Origin: Isurus oxyrinchus
Lineage: Eukaryota
Direction: 5' to 3'
DNA: 64,000 nucleotides
Assembly: GCA_026770705.1 (NCBI GenBank)
Contig: JANJGN010000140.1
Location: forward strand, 1,116,001-1,180,000
Under the pieces are notes generated by a model that saw only the letters and a list, made by a program, of their open reading frames with translations, ran no database searches and was not told where the DNA came from. Every line of letters starts with the position of its first letter. The first letter of the stretch is position 1. Of the stretch, positions 49,630-62,259 are shown piece after piece. The translations under genes were made by a program, and so were the position numbers.

Positions 49630-50200
49630 ACTGAGAGCAAACAGTTAGTGTGCAGATGTACCTCCAAGAGAGGGGCTTAGGGGCTCCATGCAATCTTTCG
49701 ATATTTTGCTGACTCAAAGCGCAAAGGGTGACACCAGTCAGTGGGCAACTATCTTCCTGTGAGAGAAAAACTTAAACAATATCAGTCAGCGTGCAGATAC
49801 CTCCCCAGAGGAGGCAGACTCAGAAGAATTGGTTAGTGCACAAATATTTCATTGAGATGGAGGCACGGAAAGATACAAATCAGTGTACCAATATCTTTCT
49901 GAGGTGAGGGACTGGAAGACATGAGCCAGCGTGCAGATATTTCCATGAGCGGTTGGGAGTCGGAGTCGTTAATCAGTTTTCATTTAGATAAAAGGTAAAG
50001 GCTAGGGAATCTCAGACAGGGGTCAAATATCTTCCCGAGGGAAAGAGACTGAGGGTCAGTGTGGGCAGTTTGCAAATATCTCACTCAAACAGAGAGGCAG
50101 GGAAATAACTGTCCATGCACAGGGAGAGTCATTAGAGATACCAAGCAGCGGACAGGCATATTTCTGAGGGAGAGTGAGAAACATTATTCAGTGTCCAGAT
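49630..50200. repeat. Degenerate ~45-50-bp minisatellite upstream of GPCR copy 1
   Basis: Recurrent cagtgtgcagatatcttcc..gagagggact motif. Confidence 0.55.
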
Positions 50201-50491
50201 AGCTCGCTTTCCAACATATAGGATGACATTATTTTGAGTACTTCAATAACTTTATTCCCATCTGTAAATTTACAGGATTCTGATTCCCGCATGTTGTCAC
50301 CACAGGGATCTCTCATATCAGATGGTATCTATAGTTTTCCGAGAAGTATATTAGCCAAACTGTACGAATGAAATAGCATTGATGTGTTGGAGATAAAAGT
50401 GGGAAGTTAACAGCCAATAATCTGACCGCATAGTCTCAACTGTTATTGTACGATTTAAGGTCATTATTTTCTCCACTGCTCTCCATATTCT

Positions 50492-51810
50492 ATGTTACAT
50501 CAAATTCATAAATTTGTGAGCTGGAACGTAACAGTCCTCACACCCTCACCTGAGATTAACCCATCCAATCAGAGTGGAAATACAAGTCTTGTGACCTCAA
50601 CTGATAGCACTTTCCATGCTTTGGGTCACGTTAAAACGATCGCCTTCCTCTGCCTCTTTAGCTTATTACTTGTATTGGGTATTAGTAGGAACGCAATTGC
50701 TTAGTGGCACATCATAAGATTAAAGAAACTCTCGTCAACATCTGATGTGCTTGTGCTGGACTTAACCATCACCAACTTGTTGATTATTGTTGCTTCCAAC
50801 GTTTACATTATTGCTATTACCCTAGATTATATCACAATGCAGTTATATAATAGTTTTATCCTTCTCTTGTATGCACCTTTCATGGCCTGCATTGTTGTTG
50901 ACTAATACATAGCTGTTGCCCACCTCACCAGGTCTCAGGCCTGGAGAAAGCATCGATACTATGTTATACTGTCCATTGAAACTTGGCTGGAAGTCTTAGC
51001 TCTGAGTTTAATTACTATTTTCAGATAGATAATGATATTATATAATACAGTTTCATGCAAGGAAATGTCCACGGCGTGGAGGCCACGGGAAATATTCATG
51101 CTGATTTCTGAAATTATGTTGTTCGCTATTCCAGCCCGGATCCTGTTCATCTTCTATGTCCTGACATCACAGAAACTGACAGGAGTGGGAACTGGGAAGC
51201 AACCCATGGAGTTGATGAAAAGAAACTTTTGAAGATAGATGCTGGAATAAAAACAAAAAACTGCGGATGCTGGAAAAATGGTTCAAAACGTCAACTCTAT
51301 TCTTCTCTGCCGATGCTGCCAGACCTGCTGAGTTTTTCCAGGTAATTCTGTAGATGCTGGAATGTTGGCTCTTCTCCTTTTCTGCTTTGCCTGTTATCAC
51401 GTCCCTGAATTATATTTTGGTGCTCAGGATCTGCTAGGATCTGTTGGAAGCAGCAGTAATCAACAAGTTGGTGATGGTTAAGTCCAGCACAAGCACATCA
51501 GATGGTGACGAGAGTTTCTTTAATCTTATGATGTGCCACTAAGCAATTGCGTTCCTACTAATACCCAATACAAGTAATAAGCTAAAGAGGCAGGGGAAGG
51601 CGATCGTTTTAACGTGATCCAAAGCATGGAAAGTGCTATCAGTTGAGATCACAAGACTTGTATTGATGGATCTGCTAGATCCATCATATCCAGTCATAGC
51701 ATTTTACCGGTGCAAAGTTCCATTTTACATCTGGGTTCTCATTTCCTTCTCTGCCTTGCTGTGCAGTTTCAGGTCCCAGAACTTTAACTGAAGATCGTGC
51801 TGCTGCATTG
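50492..51810 (+). pseudogene. Single-exon rhodopsin delta-group GPCR pseudogene (paralog of 58960-59951)
   Basis: FVSWNVT...LGISRNAIA*WH...SDVLVLDLTITNLL...ACIVVD*YIAV...AWRKHRYYV...EIMLFAIP...SQKLTGVGTGKQPMELMK...FRSQNF. It has multiple stops, a PLE insert and an inverted self-copy. Confidence 0.88.
51249..51350. mobile_element. ~100-bp Penelope-like insertion, 13-bp TSD
   Basis: TSD tagatgctggaat at 51236-48 and 51351-63; inverted extension plus terminal repeat end. Confidence 0.88.
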
Positions 51811-53509
51811 CGTAATGCTTTGGAAACACCCAACCCAGCGCACCCCCATATTGATCGGCTTTCAGCCTTAGTTTAAAGTCCCTCTTTGTGCTTTTCCACA
51901 GTAATGTTTGCACAGAATGCATGGAATACGTTGAGATCCTATGTAACCTTAATTAAGCTAAATGTATTAACCAAAGAAACACTGTACAACAAAAGCAGCT
52001 CTATCTTGTGTGCAGCTCATTCATCCCGAACTCATTTTGCAACCCATATCTGCTATGTTCATGCGCATGTTATCATTCCATTTATCTACAGACAGGTCTA
52101 TATTTCTGCCTGCCCGAGGCAAGGGTGATAACAGCTTTTGTATATTACCAAGGACTTCAGCTGCTTGGGAGCAGGGTGGCTTGGGAAAATGCATTAGGCT
52201 TTCCTTTCAATTTAATACTTTGCTCTCACGTTTTACATTGATAGGTCTTTATAAAGATTTTGCTAATTAGGGGTTCCGATTGTTGGGTCCAGAAATCATC
52301 CTCTGGCTGCCCGGCCATGCCTCGATTCAATCAGGATTGAACGAACAATTGCAACGCCCCCTACTGTCTGATAACATGTTAGCAAAGGTCACGGACATTG
52401 CAACGAATCGGCTGGATTCTTGACGGGTTTGAAGAACTGAATGGGAGAAAGAGAAAGAGAGAGAGAACGACAAGAGAGTAAAGGTTTCAAGATTCAAAGA
52501 AATGCTGTAGCTTCAAATGGACGTCCTGTCACATATCTCAATGTGGAATTGTATCCATGACTATCTGTCGATAAGAAAGACAACGATTAGCATTTTGCCT
52601 AAATAAAGGTCGGGTCATTACGCCAAAACAATAGCGTTTCTTTTTAAATCAAGCCTTGTTGATGATAAAAAATAAACTACAGACGTAGGTAGTAGGGTGG
52701 CGTAAAACATTTACAGGAAAAAGGAGGTACAGTGAAGTGTCCATATATAAACAAATAATCGCCTGCATTTACCACCTGCCATCAGGTGTAAGGAAGGATT
52801 TACAGGGTGATAATCAACCTGCTTTGCCACGTCACGAATGCATCTTCCGTGGCCAACATGTCCTGGGGTGGAACTGGAAGCTTATTGCCCAGAAGTATGG
52901 ACACTACTTAATGCACCATTAAATTTCATGATCTGTACACAAATAGATAGATAAACCAGCAGATCGATAATTACCCAGACTGATGGATAGTCCAAGGTTA
53001 AAGAGACAGATTGACGGAAGTGCAAATGAATGTGAAATCAGCATAACAAGAGTAACTTTGAATAGGCATCGATCTCTATTTGCAGTTCGTGTTGACAACG
53101 TGGAAACTGCTCAGTGTCACCTTTAAATATGGAAATCTAGATCCTCTGTAGTTGCATGGTCTGAACGTACCCCATCAGAAAGAGGAGAATTAGTGCTTTT
53201 TATCTGGGGCTGGGCTTGATAAACAGATCCAAATCTATCCCAAACTTATTTTACCTATATCCTGTCAGCCGACCTAATCAAACTGAGTATGTCACCCCCT
53301 AACATCAAAGGCTTTAATAGAAACCTGATATTTCATCAGGTGTTCTTTGGAAGTCTGAGCAGATAATGTCTATGATTCATTCCTTACACGGCGTCTTTGG
53401 ACCTGTTTAAAAAAAAACTTGGGGTATATATATCGTTGCCTCAGACATAATCTTTCTTATAAAGCCACACTTTATAACCATAAGTCCCTAATGTACGAAC
53501 ATACAAACG

Positions 53510-54418
53510 AACATACAAATTAGGAGCAGAAGTAGGCCATTGTGCCCCTCGAGCCTGCTCCACCATTCAATAAGACCATGGCTGATCTGTTTGTGTTTAG
53601 AATTCCACATTCCCATTTATCCCCAATAATCTTTGATTCCCTTGCTTAACAAGGATCTAAGTACACTTGCCTTAAAAAAAATCAATAACTCCACCTCCAC
53701 TGCCTTCCGAGGCAGACAATTCCCAAGTCACATAAGTCTCTGAGAGAAAAAAAATCTCCTCATCTCTGCCCTGAAAGGGCAACCCCTAATTTTCAATCAG
53801 TGCCCCCTAGTTCTGGACTCACCCACCAGAGGGAACATACTTTCCACATCCACCTCGTCAGTACCATTCAGAATCTTATATACTTCACCAACTTTAGATC
53901 ATGATCTCTGTCCCCCATCTCCACCCCCTTTCCCAACCCCCTTTTTTTCCAATACTTTATTTATATTTTTCTTTTCCCACCTATTTCCATTATGTTTAAA
54001 TGAATTTCCATCCATTGTTTTATCTCTACCTTTTAGCCTATTTCGATCCCTTCCCCCCACCCCACCCTCACTAGGGCTATCTATACTTTGCTCGTCCTGC
54101 TTTCTGCCCTTAATGTCACAATTATCACATTCCTTACCTAATATCACCACCGTCTACACCTCTTTGTCCTTTTGTCTATGACATCTTTGGGCAATCTCCA
54201 CCTATCACTGCCCCCCATTCCAGCTCTACCTGTCACAACCCCCTTAAACCAACTTATATTTCACCTCTTATCCATTTTTCCTTAGTTCTGATGAAGAGTC
54301 ATTCGGACTCGAAACGTTAACTGTGTTCCTCTCCCCAGATGCTGTCAGACCTGTTGAGTTTTCCCGGGTATTTTTGTTTTTGTTTTGGATTTCCAGCATC
54401 CGCAGTTTTTTGCTTTTA
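53510..54418. mobile_element. CR1 3' end (minus, 53510-53890) with nested Penelope-like terminal repeat (plus, 53890-54418)
   Basis: ttaggagcagaagtaggccatt.. CR1 tail in reverse; the PLE repeat ends ttccagcatccgcagttttttgc. Confidence 0.8.
54284..54322 (+). ncRNA. Minimal type I hammerhead ribozyme with canonical CUGAUGA core
   Basis: AGTT-CTGATGA-A-GAGTC-attcg-GACTC-GAAAC-GTT-AACT. Confidence 0.82.
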
Positions 54419-54979
54419 TACTTCATACTTATATTGAATTAAATCACCCCCCACTCTTCGAAACTCCGAAGAAGCTCAGTCTGTCTAACATTTTCACTAA
54501 CAGGGAGAGGGGAGGCGAGGGTGCAGTGGTGCTGTCACTGGGTTAGTATCCCAGGAACCGCTGTTCGCATCCGGTGATGGAATTTGAAATCAGATTATAA
54601 ATCTAATGCCCATTATTAAATATTTAGAAGAAGAAACTTGGACTACTTACGTCTCTAATCTCACAACACATGGCTGAGGCTGACAAGGACAATTAGGGAT
54701 GGCTAATAATGGACGCCTGCATCCAGTAAAAAAAAGATTTATATCCAAGCAATCCTAGGTCAAACTCCTAATAATTCTACCAAGCAGCTTTCCTTTTGCA
54801 GCGTTAAAACCGATAAGCGTATAATTAGTGTAGAATTCTACCAGTTAACGCCCCAAGTGCACTGAGCTATAGATATGGAGGGCCTTCGGGTAGCTATACG
54901 CTCTGTCTATTTTGAAGTTCGTAATTCTATCTAAAACAATTTGTTTAGTAAGCAGGGGGAAGAGATAAACAGGCTAAGG

Positions 54980-55600
54980 ACAAATTTATCAGGAGCTGGA
55001 GTGCACCAGCCTCATAAATACCGTAGCTACAAGAGTAGTCAGAGGCTGGGATTTCAGCAGTGACTAACTCACCTCCTGACTCCACAAAGCCTGGCCACCA
55101 TCTACAAAGCACAAGTCTTGAGTGTGATGGAGTTCTCCCCACTTGCCTGGATGATTGCAGCTCCAACAACACTCAAGAATTTCACATCACCTTGATAAAG
55201 CAGTCTGCTTGATTGGCAGCCATCTACCACATTTTTAAAGAATCACATTCTCCACCATCAAAGCACAGTGGCAACTGTGTGTACCATCTATAAGATGAAT
55301 TGCAACAGATCACAAGGCTCTGCCTACAGCACCTTCCAAACCTGCCATCCAGGTGGACAATGGAAGCACGTACAAGTTCCACTTCAAGCCGCACACCGTC
55401 CTGGTTTGAAGATGTAACACCACTTCACTGTCACTGGATCAAAACCCCCTTCCTAACAGTAATATGGGAGTGCCTACATCACAGGGACCGAAGCGGTTAA
55501 AGAAGGCAACTCAACAATACCTTTTCAAGGGCAATTTGGGATGGGCAATGAATGCTGGCCTTGTCACTGGCATCCAGATTCCGTGGACAAATTTTTAAAA
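54980..55600 (+). mobile_element. CR1/L2-group LINE 3' end
   Basis: gcctggccaccatctacaaagcacaagtc...gggcaatttgggatgggcaatgaatgctggcc. Confidence 0.75.
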
Positions 55601-57349
55601 ACAGTATGCTAATTAGAAAAGTAATCAAGGGCTTTTTTACTCATGGGATGTAGGAACCACAATTTATTACCCATCACGAATTGCCCAAGGGCATTTAAGA
55701 GCTAACCACATTGTTATGAATTTGAAATCATATGCAAGTCAGGCCTAGTAAGGGCAGCAGATTGCCCAGTGGAGCGGACATTAATGAAACAGACAACTGG
55801 CATAGCACGTGGTCATTATCAGACGTTTCATTCTATTATTGATTGTGGTGGGATACGAACCTGACTCCCCAGCGCGCCATTCTGGGTTTCTGAAATACTA
55901 GCCAAGTCATATACAACTGTGCCAATGCACCCGCTCAATGGTCAAACTGTTCTGTTTGCAGTCATTGTGGAGAACATGCAAAAGTCTGAATGTCGCCCTA
56001 AGGGTTTGGAAACCCCAATGTGGAGTAACACCTGATATGTTGAACGGTGAAACTGGACGTCAGGGTCTCGAACAATATAATAGGATTAGGTGGCCTGCCA
56101 GTATTGGGAATTTTATTGCATAATGACAGCATATGTGCTACAGGGCCTGCAATAGAGAAAACGAAAGGAGGCAAGGTGACGGGAATCTCAGCTGACCCCA
56201 GGGCAAAGAGGGTGTAAAGTCGTTGCCTGTTTCTCTATCCAAAGCAGTCACGCAGGAGAGAGAGGAGAACTCCATCCTCTCTGTCTACAGCCGGGTTAAA
56301 ACTCTAATCCCAGGGGTGAGTTGACAATAAGCCACCAGCTCCACAATAATTGATTTACATTGAGATGGAGATCAGCAATCATTTCAATGTAGGAGTGGGA
56401 GGAGCCTGAGTTTCTCATGTCATGGACGAGTAGAGTAATTGCACCAACTGCAGATCAGGAGCTGTAAAAGACAACGAATCCCAACAACTGCTTGCACCTT
56501 TTGCAAGTTGCCTGCAGGATAGCCTGAAGCCTCTCGCTTCCCACTTGCATTCAAACCGATTGTCCACTGCAATAACAGGTTAATTTGTATACCACTTGGA
56601 CATTCCCCGACTCCAGCACAGTCGATGTGCAAGGGGGGAGAAACACTTCTTTCCAATACTCAGCGATTAAGAAGAAGCGGGAGGTGAGTGGCACTTTCAG
56701 CAGGTTAAAAGGTAGGTCCATGCTGGGATGGTCACTGCCAATGATAGAGAGAGGGGATGGGTGGTTCAAGAGCAGGATGAGTGAGGGATACCTGAGCAGA
56801 GCACTTGTGTGGGCAAACGGAAAGTGGAGATGAATAAGCAGGAGTGGATAAGCAGGATGCAGGCCTGTGGACTAAAGCTGGGATGGGTGCGAGGAATTCA
56901 GACATGGGTGAGCGGAGAGCAGACATTGATAAGCAGGGAGCATGGCTTGGCTAAAATGGCTGGGAATCCAGAATGTGGTGCAGCGAATGGAAATGTGTGA
57001 TTTGAGAGGACCGATAGGTGGATAGGTTGTGGGAAAGGAAGTTGAAAGTGCACGGGATTGTTGATGTTACCAGTTGTGCCTTGGTGCGTTCTGATCTCTC
57101 GGTTAATATTTAGCAAAATTGAAGAATTTGACATCATGTCGGGCAGAATGGTTAATGGTGTAAAATGGAAACTCCTATTGACAAAGAAAGGTAAACAGAC
57201 TGAAAATGAAGCATCACCACTTGGCCGTTAATCAGAGGGAGGTGCAAACATCACACACAGATAGTGAGCGGGAAATAAATTCATGACAAAAAGAGTGTCT
57301 GAAAAAAGTGAACAGAGTGCAGTCAGAAAAAAATAAATATGCGTTTTTA

Positions 57350-57800
57350 ATATATATATATATATATACAGAGAGAGAGAGAGAGAGAGGCATAGAGAGA
57401 AAGACAGAGAGAGAGAGACTGAGAGACTGTGAGAGACAGGGAGAAGGAGAGAGGGACAGAAACAGAGAGAAAGAGACAGAAATTTAGAGAGTAAGTAGGG
57501 ATAAGAAGAGATAAATTAACAAACAATTTTTAGTGAGCAAGACGCAGAGAATGAAGTGCAGAGAGGGGAGAAGAGAGGCAGATGCAAAGCCCAAGAAAGA
57601 GATAAAGCGAAAAATTGAATGAAAAAGAAGATAGAATAGCATTGAGGTGAGCAGAGCAATTTTAGAGACAGGGAAACAGAGAAAGTGAGATAGAGAGCTC
57701 AACATACGGCGAGTGAGGGAAGAAAGATAGGGGAAGAAAGGGAAAGACGGAGCAAGGAAAATACATGTTAGATATAGACATACACAAGACAGTGACAGAT
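57350..57800. repeat. (TA)n/(GA)n microsatellite and GA-rich tract
   Basis: Visible runs. Confidence 0.85.
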
Positions 57801-58129
57801 TCTACACTAGATTGAGCTTTTGGATTAAATTTGTGATTTTTCCACAGCGATGCCCATCTCCATGAGCAGTTGTTAAACATTTAGATTCTCAGCTACTATG
57901 ATTCTGAGGAAACAAGAAGAGTGACAGTAACGTGGTGAGTGTGAAGAAAAGAAGGAATACCAAGGGAATAAAAAGGCAGATAATTCATAGGCAATGTATA
58001 TATATATGTGTAAAGGTCAGTATTGCAGCAACGAAAGACCCGTTTCAACGCACAGATATCTCCCTGAGATGCACCTTTCACTACACAACATCTGTTTGAG
58101 GGTGTGGCCATCGATAGTGCAGTTAATGG

Positions 58130-58570
58130 GAACATAGGAACAGATGACTTAGGAGCAGGAGCTGGCGATATGGCCCTTTGAGCCTGCTCTGCTAGTCAAT
58201 ATGATCCTGGCAGATCTGGTTATGCTGTCAGCACCACCTTGCTGTCAGCTCCAACTTCCTGTCTTCCGCCCATAGCTCTTGACTACCTTGTGCATCAGAA
58301 ATCTATCTAACTCAGCCTTGAATAAATTTAAAGATGCAGCATCGACTACTTTCTCAAGAGAATTCCACAGACGAACGAACCTCTGGGAGAAAGGTAATGT
58401 CCTCATCTCTGTCTTAAAAGGTAAATCGCTTAGTTTTTAAAACCATGTCCCCTCGTTTTAGTCTCTCCCACAAGAGGAAACACCCTCTAGGCATCAACCC
58501 TGTCAAGTCCCCTTAAAATGTTATATATTTCAATGAGTTCACCACTCATTCTTCTAAACCCTAATGGATA
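58130..58570 (-). mobile_element. CR1 3' end
   Basis: acataggaac...ttaggagcaggag..ggccctttgagcctgctc; similar to 53510-53890. Confidence 0.7.
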
Positions 58571-58959
58571 GATAATAGGCAGATATATCCCCGAGAGAGG
58601 TTCACTGAAAGACATTGAGAGATTTATCCAACTTTCTCATATTCGCAATACAGGAAATTTCACAATTCAACAGCTTTCTGCATATATGTCCATTTTCAGG
58701 CTTCTGAGTCCTTCACAATCTTTGGAATCCTGTAACCAGTTGCCAGAGGAATCGCTTGGCAGAATTGGTTTCCACTGTTTTCTGATGGGATCTTCATGCG
58801 AACTGAACCACTGAGAGAGGCTTAATGACATTGAGATCCAGTTTATTCCTTCAAAAACCAATAAGCTGAGACTGCAATCTCAACCGTGATTGGGCAATAT
58901 CTGCTGGAAGTTACTCCACGTTTTTTGATTGGCTGTTCTACATTTTTGTCAGAACACCA

Positions 58960-59951
58960 ATGGCTTTTTTTGTGACCTGGAATGTAACAATCACCAGAAC
59001 CTGGTTGGAAATCAACTCAACCATTCAGACTGGAAGTGCTAGCCTTGGAGCCTCGATGGGCAACGCTGAAGAAGTCACTTTCATGATGCACTTGCTTGTC
59101 ATTCCCATTTTTCTCGGCCCATGCTTCCTACTGGGTATCACTGCGAACTCAGTTGCACTATGGCATATCAAAGGAAAGAAAATCTCATCGCCCTCTGATG
59201 TCCTCCTTCTGGACTTAATCATCATGAACATCTTTATAATCCTGGCTTCTGCAATTACCATTCTGAAAATTATACATTCATTTATTTCAGTACAACTACT
59301 TGACTATTTCGTCATTGGACGAACATAATCAGCCTTTATGGCAGACCATTCTTCATGACCTGCATTGCTATTGACCAGTACATCGCTGTTGTCAACCCCA
59401 TCAAGTTTCATGCCTGGAGAAAGCCCAGATATTACGTTGTTCTTTCAATAGCAACTTGGCTGACGATGCTCACCCTGAGCTTGGTGGTCTTTTTCCTTGC
59501 AAGAAGCCCGTTGGGCAACTCATTTACATGCAGTACTCAGGTTTCAGCCTGGGAGCAGAAACTGGTGCTTATGCTGTGCCCAGAAATTGTGGTGTTTTTC
59601 ATCCCAATCCTAATCCTTTTGACCTGCTATGCCCTGAGTGCAAAGAAACTGAGTGAAGTGGGAACTGGGAAGGAATCTATGGAAATGATGAAGAAGAAAG
59701 TGCTGAGAACCATTTGGGCAATGTTGGCTCTTCTGCTTATCTGTGTTGCCCTATATCACGTCACTGAAATGTCTTTTATTCTGAAGAGTCTGCTGGATCC
59801 CACAAAAGAAACCGTGAGTTGGTACATTTGTAATGTTCGTCCGTATACCTGGGCCATCAGTTTCCTGAACACCATCCTTAATCCACTGCTCTACATTTTC
59901 AGGTCCCAAACCTTTCAATGGAAGGCGGGTTGCTGTAGAGCACGCCAGTAA
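58960..59951 (+). pseudogene. Single-exon rhodopsin delta-group (P2Y/PAR/FFAR/LPAR-like) GPCR with one frameshift near 59318
   Basis: TM1 LGITANSVALW, TM2 DLIIMNIF, TM3 NIISLYGRPFFMTCIAIDQYIAVVNP, TM5 FFIPILILLTCY, TM6 ICVALYHV, TM7 NTILNPLLY. The two ORFs join after restoring 1 nt. Confidence 0.88.
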
Positions 59952-59954
59952 CAC

Positions 59955-61560
59955 GTGGTGCAGGGACGGCAGAGCCCATATTGACCTGAGTCAATATTAT
60001 TGGATTACTAATCCACTCACCCAGATTAATGCTCTTGGGACTTGAGTTCAAATCCGTCCACAGCGACTGGAGACATTTAAATTCAAATAATTATTAAACC
60101 TGGGCTCAAAAGCAAACCTCATTAATGGTGGCCATGAAACCTGTCGGATTGTCATTCAAACAAAATCATCTAGTTCACTAATATTTCTTAGGGAAGGGAA
60201 TTTGCCGTCCTTACTTTGTCTGAGCTACATGTGATTCCAACCCCAGAGCAATGTGGGTGACTTTCAGCTGCCCTTGGAAATTCGTCAACAGGCCACTCAA
60301 TGGTACCAAACCACAGCAGAAAGTTCAAAAGGAATAAAGCCGGATATCGACCTAGACACCAGAAAAGACAAAAGCAAAATCTGCCCATTCGACCGTGCTA
60401 TGTCTTTCTCTATACCGTCTGGGGGCTCGTGACAAAATTAGGACAGCTGCCCTACCAAAAAGTCAAGCAACAGACTACTCATTAGCGTACTTACAGACTC
60501 CTCCATCATCATTTCTGGGTATGTCTTATCCCACTAACAAGCTAAACTGCCCAGAGGTTGCGGCACACTGATATATAGCCGGGAGGTTAAGGAAGCCTTT
60601 TATTGATTATCATGAAACGTCCTTTTATCGACTGGTGAATCGATGTCCCCCTGTATTCAGCACCACGTGGAAGAAGCGCTGAGGGACACAACGACATTGG
60701 AAATAGTCGGGTGATGGTCTTCAATGTCCCTGAACAAGACTGATGGCAGCAGCGCTGCTGACTGAGCTTGCCGAGTCCAGAATGACATATCTGCCAGATT
60801 GGGCATGCAGCAACTGGCCAGAGAAACAAAAAGAGGGAAACAAATTATTAGGTTTATTTTTACTAATTTTGGGATTGACCATTGCTGATAGGGTAGGGAG
60901 GGAGCCCTGAGAGTTGTTTTGGGTTAACATCGGGCTACAGGGAGTTGGTATAGTGTGGGTCTACTTTAAAATTGATGCTGGGCTATGTCGAGAGAGCGGG
61001 ACAAAACTTTAATTTTCAAAATCCAAATTTGTTTTTGAAAAGCTCCTCAGAGCCTGTCCACCATCTACACAGCGCAAGTCAGGAGTATGATGTAATACTC
61101 CCCACCTGCCTGGATAAGTGCAGCTTCCAAAACACTCAAGAAGCTTGACACCGTCCAGGACAAAGCAGCCCACTTGAATGACACCACAACCACAAACATT
61201 GACTCCCTCCACCACCATAGTAGCAGCAGTGTGCAGCATCTACAAGATGCACTCCGGGAATTTTCTAAGGCTCCTTAGACAACAACTTCCAGCCCACGAC
61301 CACTACCATCTAGAAAGACAAAGGCAGCAGATATATGGGAGCATGACCACGTAGAACATCCCCTCCAAGTCATTCACCATCCTGAGTTAGAAACTTATCG
61401 CCGTTCCTTTGCTGTTGCTGGATTAAATTCGTGGAACTCCCTCCCCAGTAGCAATGTGAATGTACCTACACCACAAGGGCTGCAGCTGGTCAAGAAGGCA
61501 GCTCACCACCTCCTTCTGAAGTGCAATAGGGATGGGAAATAAATGCTGGATTTTGGCCCA
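59955..61560 (+). mobile_element. SINE (59955-60300) followed by CR1/L2-group LINE fragments (endonuclease 60330-60870; 3' end 61040-61560)
   Basis: gagttcaaatcc B box; gcctgtccaccatctacac..caagtcaggagt..; tail gcaatagggatgggaaataaatgctgg. Confidence 0.7.
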
Positions 61561-62259
61561 ACGACAGTGAAGGAATGGCCAAATATTTCCAAGTCAGGAT
61601 GGTGAGTGGCTTGGTGGGGAACCTCCAGGTGGTGGTTATCCCACCTGTGATTCATAGTGAGAGAACTACGGGGCCGTGGCAGATCGTGATCTGCGAGATT
61701 GCTTTGTTATTAATACATGGCCATGAGGATGAAATATTCGATGTGCTTCGTTCTAATTAATGCAGTGCTGGAGGGGCAGAATGTGTCGTAGAGTAAGAGT
61801 GGAATTAATAATCGCCAATGAGAATAGAGTGACCAGTGAGATTTGTTTGCAATTAATGCAGGCATACGGGAAATAAATATAGGGCATAAGGATTAGATTG
61901 GAATTTGCGCCGCTTATTTTCTATTCGCTGTTGGTTGATGTCTCGGTTTCTCTACATAGACACTTGCATGTGTTCAACTTGAACGATTCAGTAATTAGTA
62001 GCTTCTTCAGGGGAAACACGACTGGTTTGTCAACATAGATGTTAATTTTCATTGTCTGTTTGTTTCATGAGCTGTTGGAGTTTACTGTGAAGTGTTCTTT
62101 GATTGATGAATGTTGTAGTTGTAATTATAGGATCCATAGCCAATAAAACCTGTATCTTAATGTGAAACCGATTATCCCTGTCTTTTTGTTTTTGCCAAAG
62201 AGAAGTTAAAATGTATGAACCAACACCAACTAGAACTACTTTATTGTCTCTCAAAACTG

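Noticed and set aside
56420-56660. LHID motif suggesting a retroviral integrase
   Set aside because: An isolated 4-aa match with no other DDE context.
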